From Arthrobacter sp. (GTDB taxonomy: Bacteria > Actinomycetota > Actinomycetes > Actinomycetales > Micrococcaceae): a stretch of 64,000 bases of DNA. The DNA lies in assembly GCA_040274025.1 (NCBI GenBank), contig JBELZL010000007.1, positions 21,117 through 85,116 of the forward strand. The letters run 5' to 3'. The number at the start of each line of letters is the position of its first letter. Position 1 is the stretch's first letter. Under the pieces are notes generated by a model. It saw nothing but the letters and a program-made list of their open reading frames with translations. It did not search any database and had not been told where the DNA came from. This document shows, piece after piece, positions 39,333 to 50,442 of this stretch. The position numbers and the translations under genes were made by a program.

Positions 39333-40057
39333 GCACCAGCCCAGATTCTGAGGGAAAGGGCCGCCGCGACGGCCAGCCTTCGATGAGCGAGCTGGCCGGA
39401 CAGTATGCCGCCCGCTCCGGCGTCGAACGCGGAGACGACGGGCAGATCGACGTCCTGAAGTCGGTCGGCGGAGTCCGCGGGCTGGCGGAGGCGATCCTGC
39501 CGGGACTGCTCTTCACCCTGATCTACACCGTCACCACCGGCCTGTACCTCTCCCTCGGGGCTGCGGTAGCGGCCGCGGGCGCCTTCGCCGCTGCCAACCT
39601 CATTCAAAAGCGCCCGCTGGTGCAGTCGTTGACCGGCGTCATCGGCGTCGCGATCTGCGCGGTGTTTGCGCTGCGAAGCGGCAGCGGCACAACGTACTTC
39701 CTGCCCGGCTTCTACCTCAACGGTGCCTATATCCTGGCCTTCGCTGTGTCAGTGGCCGTGAAGTGGCCGGTGGCGGGTCTGCTGTTCGGCTTCATCCGCG
39801 GCGAGAACATTGCCTGGCGGAACGAACCCAAGCGCCTGCGTGCCTACACGCTGGCCACCTGGATCATCATTTCCGTCTTCGCCCTGCGTCTGGCCGTCCA
39901 GCTGCCGCTCTACCTTGCCGACAACGTGGCTGCACTGGGCACCATGCGGCTGGCTATGGGCGTGCCCCTCTACGCGCTGGGCCTGTGGCTGGCCTGGGTG
40001 GTTTCCCGCCCGGCAGCCGTCCGGGGGACGCAGACCTCCGGCTCCCCGGCCGCCTAG
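39329..40057 (+). CDS. DUF3159 family membrane protein
   Basis: 242 aa with about 6 TM helices. The ATGA start overlaps the preceding stop. Conserved synteny. Confidence 0.7.
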   Translation: MSTSPDSEGKGRRDGQPSMSELAGQYAARSGVERGDDGQIDVLKSVGGVRGLAEAILPGLLFTLIYTVTTGLYLSLGAAVAAAGAFAAANLIQKRPLVQSLTGVIGVAICAVFALRSGSGTTYFLPGFYLNGAYILAFAVSVAVKWPVAGLLFGFIRGENIAWRNEPKRLRAYTLATWIIISVFALRLAVQLPLYLADNVAALGTMRLAMGVPLYALGLWLAWVVSRPAAVRGTQTSGSPAA

Positions 40058-40716
40058 GACTTCGGAGCCAGCAGGTTCCTCAGCTCATCCTCCGCAGCGA
40101 TCGTCGTGACGAAGAAGAGTTCGTCGCCGCCTTCGATGACGTCGTCGCTGCTGGGTGTGATGGGAGCGTCGTCCCGCAGGATTGCCACCAGCGTCGAATC
40201 CTGGGGCCACGGCACTGATCCCACCCGTGCACCCAGCATGGGCGAGGCAGCCGGGACCGTGAACTCCACCATGGAGGAAACACCTGTCTGCAGGGTCAGC
40301 AGCCGGACCAGGTCGCCCACCTCCACTGCCTCCTCGACCAGTGCGGTCATGAGGCGCGGCGTATTCACGGCAACGTCCACACCCCAGGAATCGTCGAACA
40401 TCCAGTCATTCTTGGGATTGTTGACCCGTCCCACCGTCCGCGGTACCCCAAACTCCGTCTTGGCCAGCAGCGAGACCACCAGGTTCACCTTGTCATCACC
40501 GGTGGCGGAAACCACCACGTCCGCGGCATCGAGTTTGGCGTCCTTCAGGGTGGACAGTTCACAGGCATCACCGATCAGCCATGCTGCTCCGGCCAGTTCG
40601 CTGCGGGACTCGGTCTCCGGCTTCTCATCGATCAGGAGCACGTCGTGCCCGTGGGAGAGAAGTTCACGGGCAATCGAGGATCCCACGCTGCCTGCACCGG
40701 CAATGACTACCTTCAC
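40054..40716 (-). CDS. trkA: TrkA-family potassium uptake regulatory protein (RCK domain)
   Basis: 220 aa with Rossmann motif MKVVIAGAGSVGSSIAREL and a TrkA-C domain. It overlaps the upstream trkA paralog by 4 nt. Confidence 0.85.
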   Translation of the reverse strand: MKVVIAGAGSVGSSIARELLSHGHDVLLIDEKPETESRSELAGAAWLIGDACELSTLKDAKLDAADVVVSATGDDKVNLVVSLLAKTEFGVPRTVGRVNNPKNDWMFDDSWGVDVAVNTPRLMTALVEEAVEVGDLVRLLTLQTGVSSMVEFTVPAASPMLGARVGSVPWPQDSTLVAILRDDAPITPSSDDVIEGGDELFFVTTIAAEDELRNLLAPKS

Positions 40717-41387
40717 GGGTTCTCCTTAACGGGCGGAGCCGAGAGCACACGGCTGATCTCGGCAGTGCGTTCAACGTGCATCATGGCGTGCAGGACGTCG
40801 CCCTGCTGGTAACTGGTATCTGGGCGGGGGAGCACCCCTTCGCCGAAGCGGGTCAGGTACGCGATCCGCACTCCGGCGGCGGCTTCCACCTCGTGCAGCG
40901 GACGTCCCAGCCAGGACGGATCCAGCGAGAGTTCGCCCAGGATGAGGCGGCCGGAGGATTCCCGGAAGTCACCGTTAATGCTCTGTTCCGGCAGGATCCG
41001 CCGCAGCACCTGGTCTGCGCTCCAGCGCACGGCAGCAACCGTGGGAATGCCCAGCCGCTGGTAGATCTCCGCGCGTCCCGGATCATAGATCCGCGCAACG
41101 ACGTGCGGAACGTGGAAGGTCTCACGGGCAACCCGCGTGGAGAGGATGTTTGAATTGTCGCCGCTGGACACCGCAGCAAAGGCGTAGGCCTCTTCGATGC
41201 CTGCCTGTTCCATGGTGGCGCGATCGAAGCCGACGCCGGTGACCCGGGTGCCGCTGAACGCCGTCCGCAGCCGCCGGAAGGCACGCGGATCCTGGTCAAT
41301 GACCGCCACGGAATGCCCGGCGTTGTCCAGCGTATGCGCCAGCATGGCGCCGACCCTGCCGCACCCCATGATCACGTAATGCGCCAC
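40713..41387 (-). CDS. trkA: TrkA-family potassium uptake regulatory protein (RCK domain)
   Basis: 224 aa with Rossmann motif VIMGCGRVGAMLAHTL and a TrkA-C domain. It is the first gene of a two-gene trkA pair (ceoB/ceoC-like). Confidence 0.85.
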   Translation of the reverse strand: MAHYVIMGCGRVGAMLAHTLDNAGHSVAVIDQDPRAFRRLRTAFSGTRVTGVGFDRATMEQAGIEEAYAFAAVSSGDNSNILSTRVARETFHVPHVVARIYDPGRAEIYQRLGIPTVAAVRWSADQVLRRILPEQSINGDFRESSGRLILGELSLDPSWLGRPLHEVEAAAGVRIAYLTRFGEGVLPRPDTSYQQGDVLHAMMHVERTAEISRVLSAPPVKENP

Positions 41388-41529
41388 CGTGTCCTACCTC
41401 ATGTTTTCCGGGCGGGATTCCCCGCCGCTGCCGTGACCCGCTCCGGGCCAAAGGAAAGCATAGTCCGGAGTGCGGCTGAAATCGTGGTGTGATGGTGTTT
41501 TAGCACCAACACGGAAGTTCGAACGCACT

Positions 41530-42882
41530 ATGATCCCCGAAACCCTGCCCGGCGCGAATCCTCCCCGCGATCTTGAACTGACCATCGGTCCGGCCGCCCA
41601 CGGCGGGCACTTTGTTGCCCGGCATGAGGGGCGCGTGGTGTTTGTCCGCCACGGCCTTCCCGGTGAGCGTGTCCGTGCCAGGCTCACCGACGCTGGGGAG
41701 AAGGCAAAGTTCTGGCGCGCCGACGTCGTCGAAGTCCTGGATGCCGCTGCCTCCCGGGTGCCGCACTTCTGGGCACCCGCCGACGCCCTGAAGGCAGGGG
41801 CCCGCGGCCGCCTGCCGGTGGGCGGCGCCGAGTTCGGACATATTGACCTGGCCGAACAGCGCCTGTTGAAGGCCGGCATCTTTGCCGAGCAGCTTACGCG
41901 GCTCGGCGGGGTGGACCGCGAAATCACGGTGGAAGCCCCGGCAGATGAAAGCTCCGACGGACTCGGCTGGCGGACACGCGCCAGCTTCTCCGTGGCACCG
42001 GGCGGACACCTGGCCATGCACCCGCACCGTTCCGAGGACCTCATTCCCGTCCAGGAGATGCCGCTGGCTTCCGCGGCCATCAATGCCCTCAGACTGTGGG
42101 AGGTGGATTTTACCGGCGCTGACCGCGTGGAGGTGGCCGCCCCCGCCGCCGGCGGTCCGCCGCTGGTCCTGGTCATTCCGTCCGCCGGAACCCATCCCCG
42201 GACCCTGGCCCGGATTGCTTCCGAAGTGGGTGCCGCAGCAGACGCCGGAGCCGGTGAAACCGTTTCGGTGGCGGCCTGGAACCCGGAAAGCCACGAACTG
42301 ACCCGGCTGCGTGGCCGCACCTGGGTCCGCGAACACGCAGCCGGACACGAATACCGTGTCACCGGTGCGGGTTTCTGGCAGATCCACCGCAGCGCCCCTG
42401 AGGCGCTGGTGAAGGCCGTGCTCCAGGGACTGGACATCCGCGAAGGAGAACGGGTTGCCGATCTCTTTGCAGGTGCAGGCCTCTTTACCGCCCCGCTGGC
42501 GGACGCCGCCGGTACTGCCGGGCACGTCCTGTCCGTTGAAGGCTCACCCGGAACCAGCCGGGATGCCCGTAAGAACCTGTTCGCGGCTCCCCAGGTTGAA
42601 GTCATCCAGGGCCGCGTGGACCGGGTGCTGCGCACCCATGAGGGAAGGCTCGACGCCGTACTGCTCGATCCGCCGCGTACCGGTGCCGGCAGGGTCGTCG
42701 TGGACCAGATCAACGCCGCCAACCCGCGCGCAGTCGGCTACGTGTCCTGCGACCCGGCGTCATTCGCCCGTGACCTGGCCTGGTTCCGGGAAGCTGGCTG
42801 GGAACTGGACACCCTCCGCGTTTTCGATCTGTACCCGCACACCCACCACATGGAGTCCTTCGCCGTTCTGCGCCGACCGTAA
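41530..42882 (+). CDS. Class I SAM-dependent RNA (uracil-5) methyltransferase, TrmA/RlmD family, with an N-terminal TRAM domain
   Basis: TRAM-like N-terminus (GGHFVARHEGRVVFVRHGLPGERV), SAM motifs DLFAGAGLF and LDPPRTGAG, and the catalytic Cys context YVSCDPASFARD. The start is ATG 41530. Confidence 0.8.
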   Translation: MIPETLPGANPPRDLELTIGPAAHGGHFVARHEGRVVFVRHGLPGERVRARLTDAGEKAKFWRADVVEVLDAAASRVPHFWAPADALKAGARGRLPVGGAEFGHIDLAEQRLLKAGIFAEQLTRLGGVDREITVEAPADESSDGLGWRTRASFSVAPGGHLAMHPHRSEDLIPVQEMPLASAAINALRLWEVDFTGADRVEVAAPAAGGPPLVLVIPSAGTHPRTLARIASEVGAAADAGAGETVSVAAWNPESHELTRLRGRTWVREHAAGHEYRVTGAGFWQIHRSAPEALVKAVLQGLDIREGERVADLFAGAGLFTAPLADAAGTAGHVLSVEGSPGTSRDARKNLFAAPQVEVIQGRVDRVLRTHEGRLDAVLLDPPRTGAGRVVVDQINAANPRAVGYVSCDPASFARDLAWFREAGWELDTLRVFDLYPHTHHMESFAVLRRP

Positions 42883-43156
42883 CGCCTGCCCGCCCGGGTG
42901 TGTGGCGAGCCATATACCGGTATCCGGCGCGGTGAACGGTCCCGCGGACCTGCTTCCGGCTAGGATGGGAGCAGTTGTCCGGCTCCGTGCCGAAGGGATG
43001 CCCGCTGGAACGTTTGCACCGCAGGGGGACTAGCCAGCCCGGGAAATCACCCACCATTTCCCGGCCGGGCCCAACAGCTGTGCCGGTTAGGAAATCCTAA
43101 CTAGCGTGCGGCGGATCACTGGACAAAGATAAAACGGTGGCGAGAGGAGTCCTGTT

Positions 43157-45982
43157 ATGAGTAATGTGGACAGCTTCGGTTCCAAAGGCGTCTTGAACGT
43201 CGGCGGGAACGAGTATGAAATTTTCCGGCTGAATTCCGTCGAGGGCGCCCAGAGCCTTCCGTTCAGCCTCAAGGTCCTGCTGGAGAACCTGCTGCGCACC
43301 GAAGATGGTGCCAACATCACCGCGGACCACGTCCGTGCACTGGCCAAGTGGGATGCCAACGCAGAGCCCAGCACCGAAATCCAGTTCACGCCTGCCCGCG
43401 TGATCATGCAGGACTTCACCGGTGTTCCCTGCATCGTTGACCTGGCGACCATGCGTGAAGCAGTGGCCGACCTGGGCGGCGACCCCAAGCGCGTGAACCC
43501 GCTGGCACCGGCCGAAATGGTCATTGACCACTCCGTGCAGATCGATGCTTTCGGCAACGCAGGCGCACTCGAGCGCAACATGGAAATCGAATACCAGCGC
43601 AACGGCGAGCGTTACCAGTTCCTGCGCTGGGGCCAGACCGCATTCGACGACTTCAAGGTCGTTCCCCCGGGAATGGGCATTGTCCACCAGGTCAACATCG
43701 AGTACCTGGCCCGCACTGTTATGACCCGTGAAGTTGACGGCGTCCTGCGTGCCTACCCGGACACCTGCGTCGGTACCGACTCCCACACCACCATGGTCAA
43801 CGGCCTGGGCGTGCTCGGCTGGGGCGTTGGCGGCATCGAAGCCGAAGCAGCAATGCTCGGCCAGCCCGTCTCCATGCTCATCCCACGCGTTGTCGGCTTC
43901 AAGCTCACCGGTGAAATCCCGGCCGGCGCCACCGCCACGGACGTCGTCCTCACCATCACCGAGATGCTCCGCAAGCACGGCGTCGTCGGCAAGTTCGTGG
44001 AGTTCTACGGCGAAGGCGTTGCCTCCGTGCCGCTGGCCAACCGCGCCACGATCGGCAACATGAGCCCCGAGTTCGGTTCCACCGCCGCGATCTTCCCGAT
44101 CGACGACGTGACCCTGGACTACCTGCGCCTCACCGGCCGCTCCGAGGAGAACGTAGCCCTCGTCGAGGCCTACGCCAAGGAACAGGGCCTCTGGCACGAT
44201 CCGTCAAAGGAAATCAAGTACTCCGAGTACCTCGAGCTGGACCTCTCCACCGTTGTTCCCTCGATCGCCGGCCCGAAGCGTCCGCAGGACCGTGTGGAGC
44301 TCACCAACGCCAAGCAGCAGTTCCGTGCGGACCTGAAGAACTACGTGCACGAAACCGTTGAGGCTGAGAACGGCACTGTTGACGAGGCACTGGAAGAGAC
44401 CTTCCCGGCCTCTGACGCTCCGTCCTTCGCCGAGGGCAGCACCAAGATCCAGGACAAGGAACACGACCTCGTCAAGGAATCCGATGCTCCCGCCGAGCGT
44501 TCGGTGAACAAGGTGCCGGTCACCATGCCGGACGGCCGCAGCTTCGAGCTGGACCACGGTGCCGTGACGATCGCCTCGATCACGTCCTGCACCAACACGT
44601 CCAACCCCTCGGTGATGATGGCCGCTGCCGTACTGGCACGCAACGCCGTCGAAAAGGGCCTCGTCGCCCAGCCGTGGGTCAAGACCTCGATTGCTCCGGG
44701 CTCCAAGGTAGTCACCGACTACTACGAGAAGTCCGGCCTGATCCCGTACCTGGAGAAGCTCGGCTTCTTCGTGGTCGGTTACGGCTGCGCCACCTGCATC
44801 GGCAACTCCGGTCCGCTGGAAGATGAAATCTCCACCGCGATCAACGAAGCCGACCTTGCTGTCACCGCAGTGCTCTCCGGTAACCGCAACTTCGAAGGCC
44901 GCATCAACCCGGACGTGAAGATGAACTACCTGGCTTCCCCGCCGCTGGTAGTCGCCTACGCCCTGGCCGGTTCCATGGACTTCGACTTCGAGAACGACGC
45001 CCTGGGCCAGGACGCCGAAGGCAACGACATCTTCCTGAAGGACATCTGGCCGAACCCGGTCGAGGTCCAGGAAATCATCGATGCTTCCATCGACAAGAAG
45101 ATGTTCACCGACAGCTACGGCACCATCTTCGAAGGCGACGACCGCTGGAAGTCCCTGCCCACTCCCGAAGGCGCAACCTTCGAATGGGATTCGGAGTCCA
45201 CGTACGTCCGGAAGCCCCCGTACTTCGAGGGCATGAAGGCGCAGCCGGAACCCGTGACGGACATCGAAGGGGCCCGCGTGCTGCTGAAGCTCGGCGACTC
45301 GGTGACCACCGACCACATCTCCCCGGCCGGTTCCTTCAAGTCGGACACCCCGGCAGGCAAGTACCTGCTGGAGCACGGTGTGGCCCGCAAGGACTTCAAC
45401 TCCTACGGCTCACGCCGCGGTAACCACGAAGTCATGATCCGCGGTACCTTCGCCAACATCCGCATCAAGAACCAGCTGCTCGACGGCGTTGAAGGCGGCT
45501 TCACCCGCGACTTCACCCAGGCAGATGCACCGCAGGCTGCCGTTTACGATGCCGCGATGAACTACCAGGCCGCCGGCACCCCGCTGGTTGTCCTGGCCGG
45601 CAAGGAGTACGGTTCCGGATCTTCGCGTGACTGGGCTGCGAAGGGCACCGCACTGCTGGGCGTCAAGGCTGTCATCGCCGAGAGCTACGAGCGTATTCAC
45701 CGCTCCAACCTCATTGGCATGGGCGTCCTTCCGCTGCAGTACCCGGCCGGCGTCAACGCCGAGTCCCTGGGCCTGACCGGCACCGAGACCTTCTCGGTTG
45801 AAGGCGTCACCGAACTGAACAACGGCAACACCCCGAAGACCGTCAAGGTCACCGCGGTGCCGGAGAACGGTGAGGCCATCACCTTCGATGCTGTCCTGCG
45901 CATCGATACCCCGGGTGAGGCTGACTACTACCGCAACGGCGGCATCCTGCAGTACGTGCTTCGCCAGATTTCGGCAAAGTAG
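43157..45982 (+). CDS. acnA: Aconitate hydratase A
   Basis: 941 aa. Fe-S ligand contexts are [19 protein letters not shown] and [11 protein letters not shown], with the swivel-domain motif [10 protein letters not shown]. Confidence 0.95.
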   Translation: MSNVDSFGSKGVLNVGGNEYEIFRLNSVEGAQSLPFSLKVLLENLLRTEDGANITADHVRALAKWDANAEPSTEIQFTPARVIMQDFTGVPCIVDLATMREAVADLGGDPKRVNPLAPAEMVIDHSVQIDAFGNAGALERNMEIEYQRNGERYQFLRWGQTAFDDFKVVPPGMGIVHQVNIEYLARTVMTREVDGVLRAYPDTCVGTDSHTTMVNGLGVLGWGVGGIEAEAAMLGQPVSMLIPRVVGFKLTGEIPAGATATDVVLTITEMLRKHGVVGKFVEFYGEGVASVPLANRATIGNMSPEFGSTAAIFPIDDVTLDYLRLTGRSEENVALVEAYAKEQGLWHDPSKEIKYSEYLELDLSTVVPSIAGPKRPQDRVELTNAKQQFRADLKNYVHETVEAENGTVDEALEETFPASDAPSFAEGSTKIQDKEHDLVKESDAPAERSVNKVPVTMPDGRSFELDHGAVTIASITSCTNTSNPSVMMAAAVLARNAVEKGLVAQPWVKTSIAPGSKVVTDYYEKSGLIPYLEKLGFFVVGYGCATCIGNSGPLEDEISTAINEADLAVTAVLSGNRNFEGRINPDVKMNYLASPPLVVAYALAGSMDFDFENDALGQDAEGNDIFLKDIWPNPVEVQEIIDASIDKKMFTDSYGTIFEGDDRWKSLPTPEGATFEWDSESTYVRKPPYFEGMKAQPEPVTDIEGARVLLKLGDSVTTDHISPAGSFKSDTPAGKYLLEHGVARKDFNSYGSRRGNHEVMIRGTFANIRIKNQLLDGVEGGFTRDFTQADAPQAAVYDAAMNYQAAGTPLVVLAGKEYGSGSSRDWAAKGTALLGVKAVIAESYERIHRSNLIGMGVLPLQYPAGVNAESLGLTGTETFSVEGVTELNNGNTPKTVKVTAVPENGEAITFDAVLRIDTPGEADYYRNGGILQYVLRQISAK

Positions 45983-46005
45983 GCCTGCACAGCGCCTGAG
46001 CACAG

Positions 46006-46045
46006 CGCCCCGTTTCCTTCCGGTTGGAAGGAAACGGGGCGTTTT
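46006..46045 (+). terminator. Rho-independent terminator of acnA
   Basis: Perfect 16-bp stem: CGCCCCGTTTCCTTCC, loop GGTT, GGAAGGAAACGGGGCG, followed by TTTT. It starts 24 nt after the stop. Confidence 0.8.
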
Positions 46046-46142
46046 GCGCTGCTGTGGAAACCCGGGGCGCGGGGCAGGCGTTAGAGTTAAAAGCTGTGAC
46101 GGTGCGTTTGCCCGTTGCCTATGACGCAAGGGAGGCGCCCTC

Positions 46143-48116
46143 TTGGGACTTCTGGAAACCATCCGTGATCCGCGGGACCTCAGCAAGCTGAGCAGCTCCC
46201 AGCTCTCAGCCCTGGCTGAGGAAATCCGCTCTTTCCTCATCACGAATGTGGCCCAGACCGGAGGGCACCTGGGACCGAACCTGGGTGTCGTTGAACTGAC
46301 CATGGGCATCCACCGGGTCTTTGACTCTCCGCGGGACAGCATCGTGTTCGATACCGGGCACCAGTCCTACGTGCACAAGATCCTTACCGGACGCCAGGAT
46401 TTCTCCACGCTGCGCCAGCAGGGCGGACTTTCGGGCTACCCGTCCCGGGCCGAGTCCGTACATGACATTGTTGAAAGTTCCCACGCTTCCTCCTCCCTGT
46501 CCTGGGCAGACGGCATTTCCCGTGCCCGGCAGCTGAACGGCGAAGGTGACCGCTACACCGTTGTGATGGTAGGCGACGGTGCGCTCACCGGTGGCATGGC
46601 CTGGGAAGCGCTGAACAACATCGCCGCCGACCAGAAGAGGCGTGTAGTGATCGTTGTCAACGACAACGGCCGTTCCTACGCACCCACGATCGGCGGCGTT
46701 GCTGATTACCTCGCCTCGCTGCGCCCCACGATTGACGCCGTGCGCACGCACAAGATGTATGAGAACACCATGGACTGGTGGAAGGGCCGCCTGCAGGGAG
46801 CGGGCCCGCTCGGCCGGTTCACTTACCACAGCCTCCACGCCGCCAAGAAGGGCATCAAGGACTGGTGGGCACCACAGGGACTGTTCGAGGACCTGGGCAT
46901 GAAGTACGTCGGCCCGATCGACGGCCACGACCTGGGTGCTGTTGAACAGGCACTTGAGAAGGCCAAGAACTACGGCGGACCCGTGATCGTCCACGCGATC
47001 ACCGAAAAGGGCCACGGCTACGCGCCGGCCCGGGCACACGTCGAAGACCAGTTCCATGCCGTCGGCGTAATCGATCCGGAAACCGGTGCGCCGGTCGCTG
47101 CCGGGAGCAAGCAGTCCTGGACCTCCGTCTTCGCCACCGAGATCGCAGACATCGCAGACGAGCGCAAGGACATCGTCGGCATCACCGGCGCCATGCTTAT
47201 TCCGGTGGGACTGCACCGCTTCGCAGAACGGCATCCGGAACGGGTGTTTGACGTCGGCATCGCCGAACAGCACGCCCTCACCTCCGCGGCCGGTATGGCC
47301 TATGGTGGGCTGCATCCCGTCGTCGCGCTCTACGCCACCTTCCTGAACCGTGCGTTTGACCAGCTGCTGATGGACGTCGCCCTGCACAAGGCCGGCGTGA
47401 CGATCGTCCTCGACCGTGCCGGCGTCACCGGGCCGGACGGCGCCAGCCACCACGGCATGTGGGACATGTCCATGCTGCAGATCGTCCCGGGTCTCCACCT
47501 TTCCGCACCGCGGGATGCCACCCGTCTCCGTGAAGAACTGCGCGAAGCCGTGGCGATCTCTGATGCTCCCAGTGTGGTGCGCTTCTCCAAGGGAACCGTC
47601 GGACCTGACGTTGAGGCCGAGGAACGCACCGAGGACGGCGTGGACATCCTTGCCCGGCGTCCATCCGGGGATTCCAGCAACGACGTGCTGATCGTCAGCG
47701 TTGGAGCCATGGCTGAAATGGCCCTGGACGTCGCCAGCCGGCTGGGTGCCCAGGGCATCAGCTCCACGGTGGTGGATCCGCGGTGGGTGCTGCCGGTTCC
47801 CCGGTCGATTGTCCGCATGGCAGCCGAGCACCGGATCGTGATAGTGATCGAAGACGGTGTGCGGGCCGGGGGAGTCGGTTCCCGGATCCGCCAGGAAATG
47901 CGGGCGGCCGGTGTGGACACCGCGCTGAACGAGGTGGGCCTGCCTGCCGAATTCCTGGACCACGGCACACGCGCCGAAGTCCTGGAGCGGGTGGGCCTCA
48001 CCGCACGCCAGGTGGCGAACGACGTCGTCGCCCAGGTGCTGGGAACAAAGGTTCCCTTCGCCCGTCCTCTGCCCGGACAGCAGGCTCCCACAGGACAGAT
48101 ACCGAAGATCAAGTAA
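46143..48116 (+). CDS. dxs: 1-deoxy-D-xylulose-5-phosphate synthase
   Basis: 657 aa. Motifs [15 protein letters not shown], the ThDP motif [16 protein letters not shown], and a transketolase-like pyrimidine domain ([10 protein letters not shown]). TTG start with GGGAGG upstream. Confidence 0.95.
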   Translation: MGLLETIRDPRDLSKLSSSQLSALAEEIRSFLITNVAQTGGHLGPNLGVVELTMGIHRVFDSPRDSIVFDTGHQSYVHKILTGRQDFSTLRQQGGLSGYPSRAESVHDIVESSHASSSLSWADGISRARQLNGEGDRYTVVMVGDGALTGGMAWEALNNIAADQKRRVVIVVNDNGRSYAPTIGGVADYLASLRPTIDAVRTHKMYENTMDWWKGRLQGAGPLGRFTYHSLHAAKKGIKDWWAPQGLFEDLGMKYVGPIDGHDLGAVEQALEKAKNYGGPVIVHAITEKGHGYAPARAHVEDQFHAVGVIDPETGAPVAAGSKQSWTSVFATEIADIADERKDIVGITGAMLIPVGLHRFAERHPERVFDVGIAEQHALTSAAGMAYGGLHPVVALYATFLNRAFDQLLMDVALHKAGVTIVLDRAGVTGPDGASHHGMWDMSMLQIVPGLHLSAPRDATRLREELREAVAISDAPSVVRFSKGTVGPDVEAEERTEDGVDILARRPSGDSSNDVLIVSVGAMAEMALDVASRLGAQGISSTVVDPRWVLPVPRSIVRMAAEHRIVIVIEDGVRAGGVGSRIRQEMRAAGVDTALNEVGLPAEFLDHGTRAEVLERVGLTARQVANDVVAQVLGTKVPFARPLPGQQAPTGQIPKIK

Positions 48117-48149
48117 GCTCCGCAGCCCCGGCGGGGCAAAGGAAAGCAG

Positions 48150-49022
48150 GTGGCTGACATGCCGAACGACCTCCCTCCTCTCGCCGTCACGGGAGCCACC
48201 GGTGCACTCGGCGGAATGGTTGCGCGACTGCTTGGTGATGCCGGAATCCCGGTCCGTCTGCTGGCAAGGCACACGGCGCGGATCCCGCAGCAGCCGGAGA
48301 CCCCCACGTTCGCAGTCTCCTATGCGGACAAAGAGCACGCCGAGCGTGCGCTGCGCGGCACGCAGACCCTGTTCATGGTGTCCGCGGCGGAGAACCCGTA
48401 CCGGGCCCAGGATCAGCGCACGTTCGTGGATGCGGCCGTCGACGCCGGCGTGAAGCACATTGTCTACACCTCCTTTATGGGCGCTGCGGAGAACGACGTC
48501 TTCACCCTCGGCCGTGACCACTGGGACACCGAGCAATACATCAAGGAACGCGGCCTGGCGTACACGTTCCTCCGGGATGCCTTTTACCAGGACATCCTGC
48601 CGTCCTTCGTCGGGCGCGACGGCGTTATCCGCGGCCCCGCCGCTGACGGGAGGTTCGCACCTGTGGCCCGTGCCGACGTCGCAGGTTCAGCCGCACGCAT
48701 CCTTTCCGATCCCGTACCGCACACGAACCGGACCTATACGCTGACGGGTCCGCAGGCGCTGACCATGGCCGAGGTCGCGGAAATCCTCTCCCGCGTCACC
48801 GGCGAGGACATTACCTACCACGCGGAATCCCTGGACGAAGCAATTGAATCCAGGCTTGCCGCCGGGGCCACGCAGTGGCAGGCAGTGGCCTGGGCAACCA
48901 GCTACGCTGCCATCGCCACTGGAGAGCAGGCACAGGTCAGCGACGACGTCGCCGAACTTACCGGTGCTGCGCCGGTGAGTTTCGAAGACAATCTGCGCAG
49001 TGAAGGGAAGAATTCACGGTAG
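48150..49022 (+). CDS. NmrA-like / atypical SDR NAD(P)-binding protein
   Basis: 290 aa with N-terminal Rossmann motif LAVTGATGALGGMVARLL. No classical SDR YxxxK context was recognised, which is consistent with the NmrA/HSCARG-like family. Confidence 0.7.
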   Translation: MADMPNDLPPLAVTGATGALGGMVARLLGDAGIPVRLLARHTARIPQQPETPTFAVSYADKEHAERALRGTQTLFMVSAAENPYRAQDQRTFVDAAVDAGVKHIVYTSFMGAAENDVFTLGRDHWDTEQYIKERGLAYTFLRDAFYQDILPSFVGRDGVIRGPAADGRFAPVARADVAGSAARILSDPVPHTNRTYTLTGPQALTMAEVAEILSRVTGEDITYHAESLDEAIESRLAAGATQWQAVAWATSYAAIATGEQAQVSDDVAELTGAAPVSFEDNLRSEGKNSR

Positions 49023-49046
49023 CGGCTCTTCCCACCAGCAGGGCGC

Positions 49047-49382
49047 GTGGCTAGTGTCAACAGTATGGAACAGGCACAATCCGGTCCCGTAGAGGACTTT
49101 CTGCAGGAATGCACCATCACCGGACTCAGCGAGGACGAAGCCACCCCCGCGGCGGATTTGTACGGGATGTACATCATCTGGTGTGAGCAGATCCAGCTGG
49201 ACCCCGTCTCCTCTACCGCATTTTCACGCCTGCTTCGGCAAAACGGCAACTATTCCCGCCGCCGCAACCACGAGAGCATTTATCCCGGGATGCTTCCCAC
49301 CGGTCCCATTCCGATCCAGTACATCCTGGAGACGGACAAGCCGCCCAGCCTGAACGGCCCCATGAGCGCCTTCGGGGCCTAG
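49047..49382 (+). CDS. Hypothetical small protein (orphan)
   Basis: 111-aa ORF in a 400-bp gap between two confident genes. Its codon third positions look less GC-biased than those of its neighbours, judged by eye only. No family was confidently recognised. Confidence 0.4.
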   Translation: MASVNSMEQAQSGPVEDFLQECTITGLSEDEATPAADLYGMYIIWCEQIQLDPVSSTAFSRLLRQNGNYSRRRNHESIYPGMLPTGPIPIQYILETDKPPSLNGPMSAFGA

Positions 49383-49428
49383 CCTGTCGCAGCCCGGGCC
49401 GCGGGGCGGGAATTGATAGCGTGGCAGG

Positions 49429-50406
49429 ATGACCACCTACAACAGACTTGGCAATTCCGGGCTGACCGTTTCCACCGTCGGCCTTGGGTGTAACAACCTC
49501 GGCCGATCAGGCACCGTGACTGAATCCCAGGAGGGAACAGACGCCGTCGTCCACGCCGCGATCGACGCCGGGATTACCCTTTTTGATACCGCCGACATTT
49601 ACGGCGCCGAACCCGGCCTGAGCGAAATCCGGCTAGGCAAGGCCCTCGGTGCCCGCCGCGGAGACATTGTGCTGGCCACCAAGTTCGGCATGGACATGAA
49701 GGGCGCCAACGGTCCGGACTTCGGCGCCCGCGGCTCCCGCCGGTACATTGTGAGCGCCGTTGAGGCTTCCCTGCGCCGGCTTGGAACGGACTGGATCGAC
49801 CTCTACCAGTTCCACACCCCGGACCCGCTGACGCCCATCGATGAGACCCTGGCAGCCCTGGATGACCTGGTTACCAGCGGCAAGGTCCGTTACATCGGCC
49901 ACTCCAACCGCGCCGGCTGGCAGATCGCCGAAGCTGAGTTCACGGCCCGCATCAAGGGCAGCACCCGCTTCATTTCTGCGCAGAACCACTACAACCTGCT
50001 GGACCGCCGCGCCGAACTGGAAGTTACTCCTGCCGCCGAAGCCTACGGGCTCGGGGTGCTGCCGTACTTCCCGCTGGCCAACGGCCTGCTCACCGGCAAG
50101 TACAGTTCCGGGCAGGCGCCCGAGGGAAGCCGGCTGACGCACTCGCGCACCAACCTGCTGGAGAACGCCGATTTTGACCAGCTGCGTCAGTTCGGCGATT
50201 TCGCCCGCGAGCGTGGCCTGACCGAGGTGCAGGTGGCGTTCTCTTGGCTGGCATCCCGACCGTCTGTTGCGTCAGTGATTGCCGGAGCGACCAAGCCGGA
50301 ACAGGTGCAGCAGAACGCTGAAGCAGTCTCGTGGGTGCCATCGGAGAAGGACCTTGAGGAACTGGACCGGATCTTCCCGCAGGTCCCGAAGGTTGCTCTG
50401 TTCTAG
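49429..50406 (+). CDS. Aldo/keto reductase
   Basis: 325 aa with AKR motifs LGCNNLG, FDTADIYG, ATKFG and YQFHTPD. Confidence 0.9.
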   Translation: MTTYNRLGNSGLTVSTVGLGCNNLGRSGTVTESQEGTDAVVHAAIDAGITLFDTADIYGAEPGLSEIRLGKALGARRGDIVLATKFGMDMKGANGPDFGARGSRRYIVSAVEASLRRLGTDWIDLYQFHTPDPLTPIDETLAALDDLVTSGKVRYIGHSNRAGWQIAEAEFTARIKGSTRFISAQNHYNLLDRRAELEVTPAAEAYGLGVLPYFPLANGLLTGKYSSGQAPEGSRLTHSRTNLLENADFDQLRQFGDFARERGLTEVQVAFSWLASRPSVASVIAGATKPEQVQQNAEAVSWVPSEKDLEELDRIFPQVPKVALF

Positions 50407-50442
50407 GAGTTCCTGGGCGTCACTCTCGGTGCCGCCCTGGGC

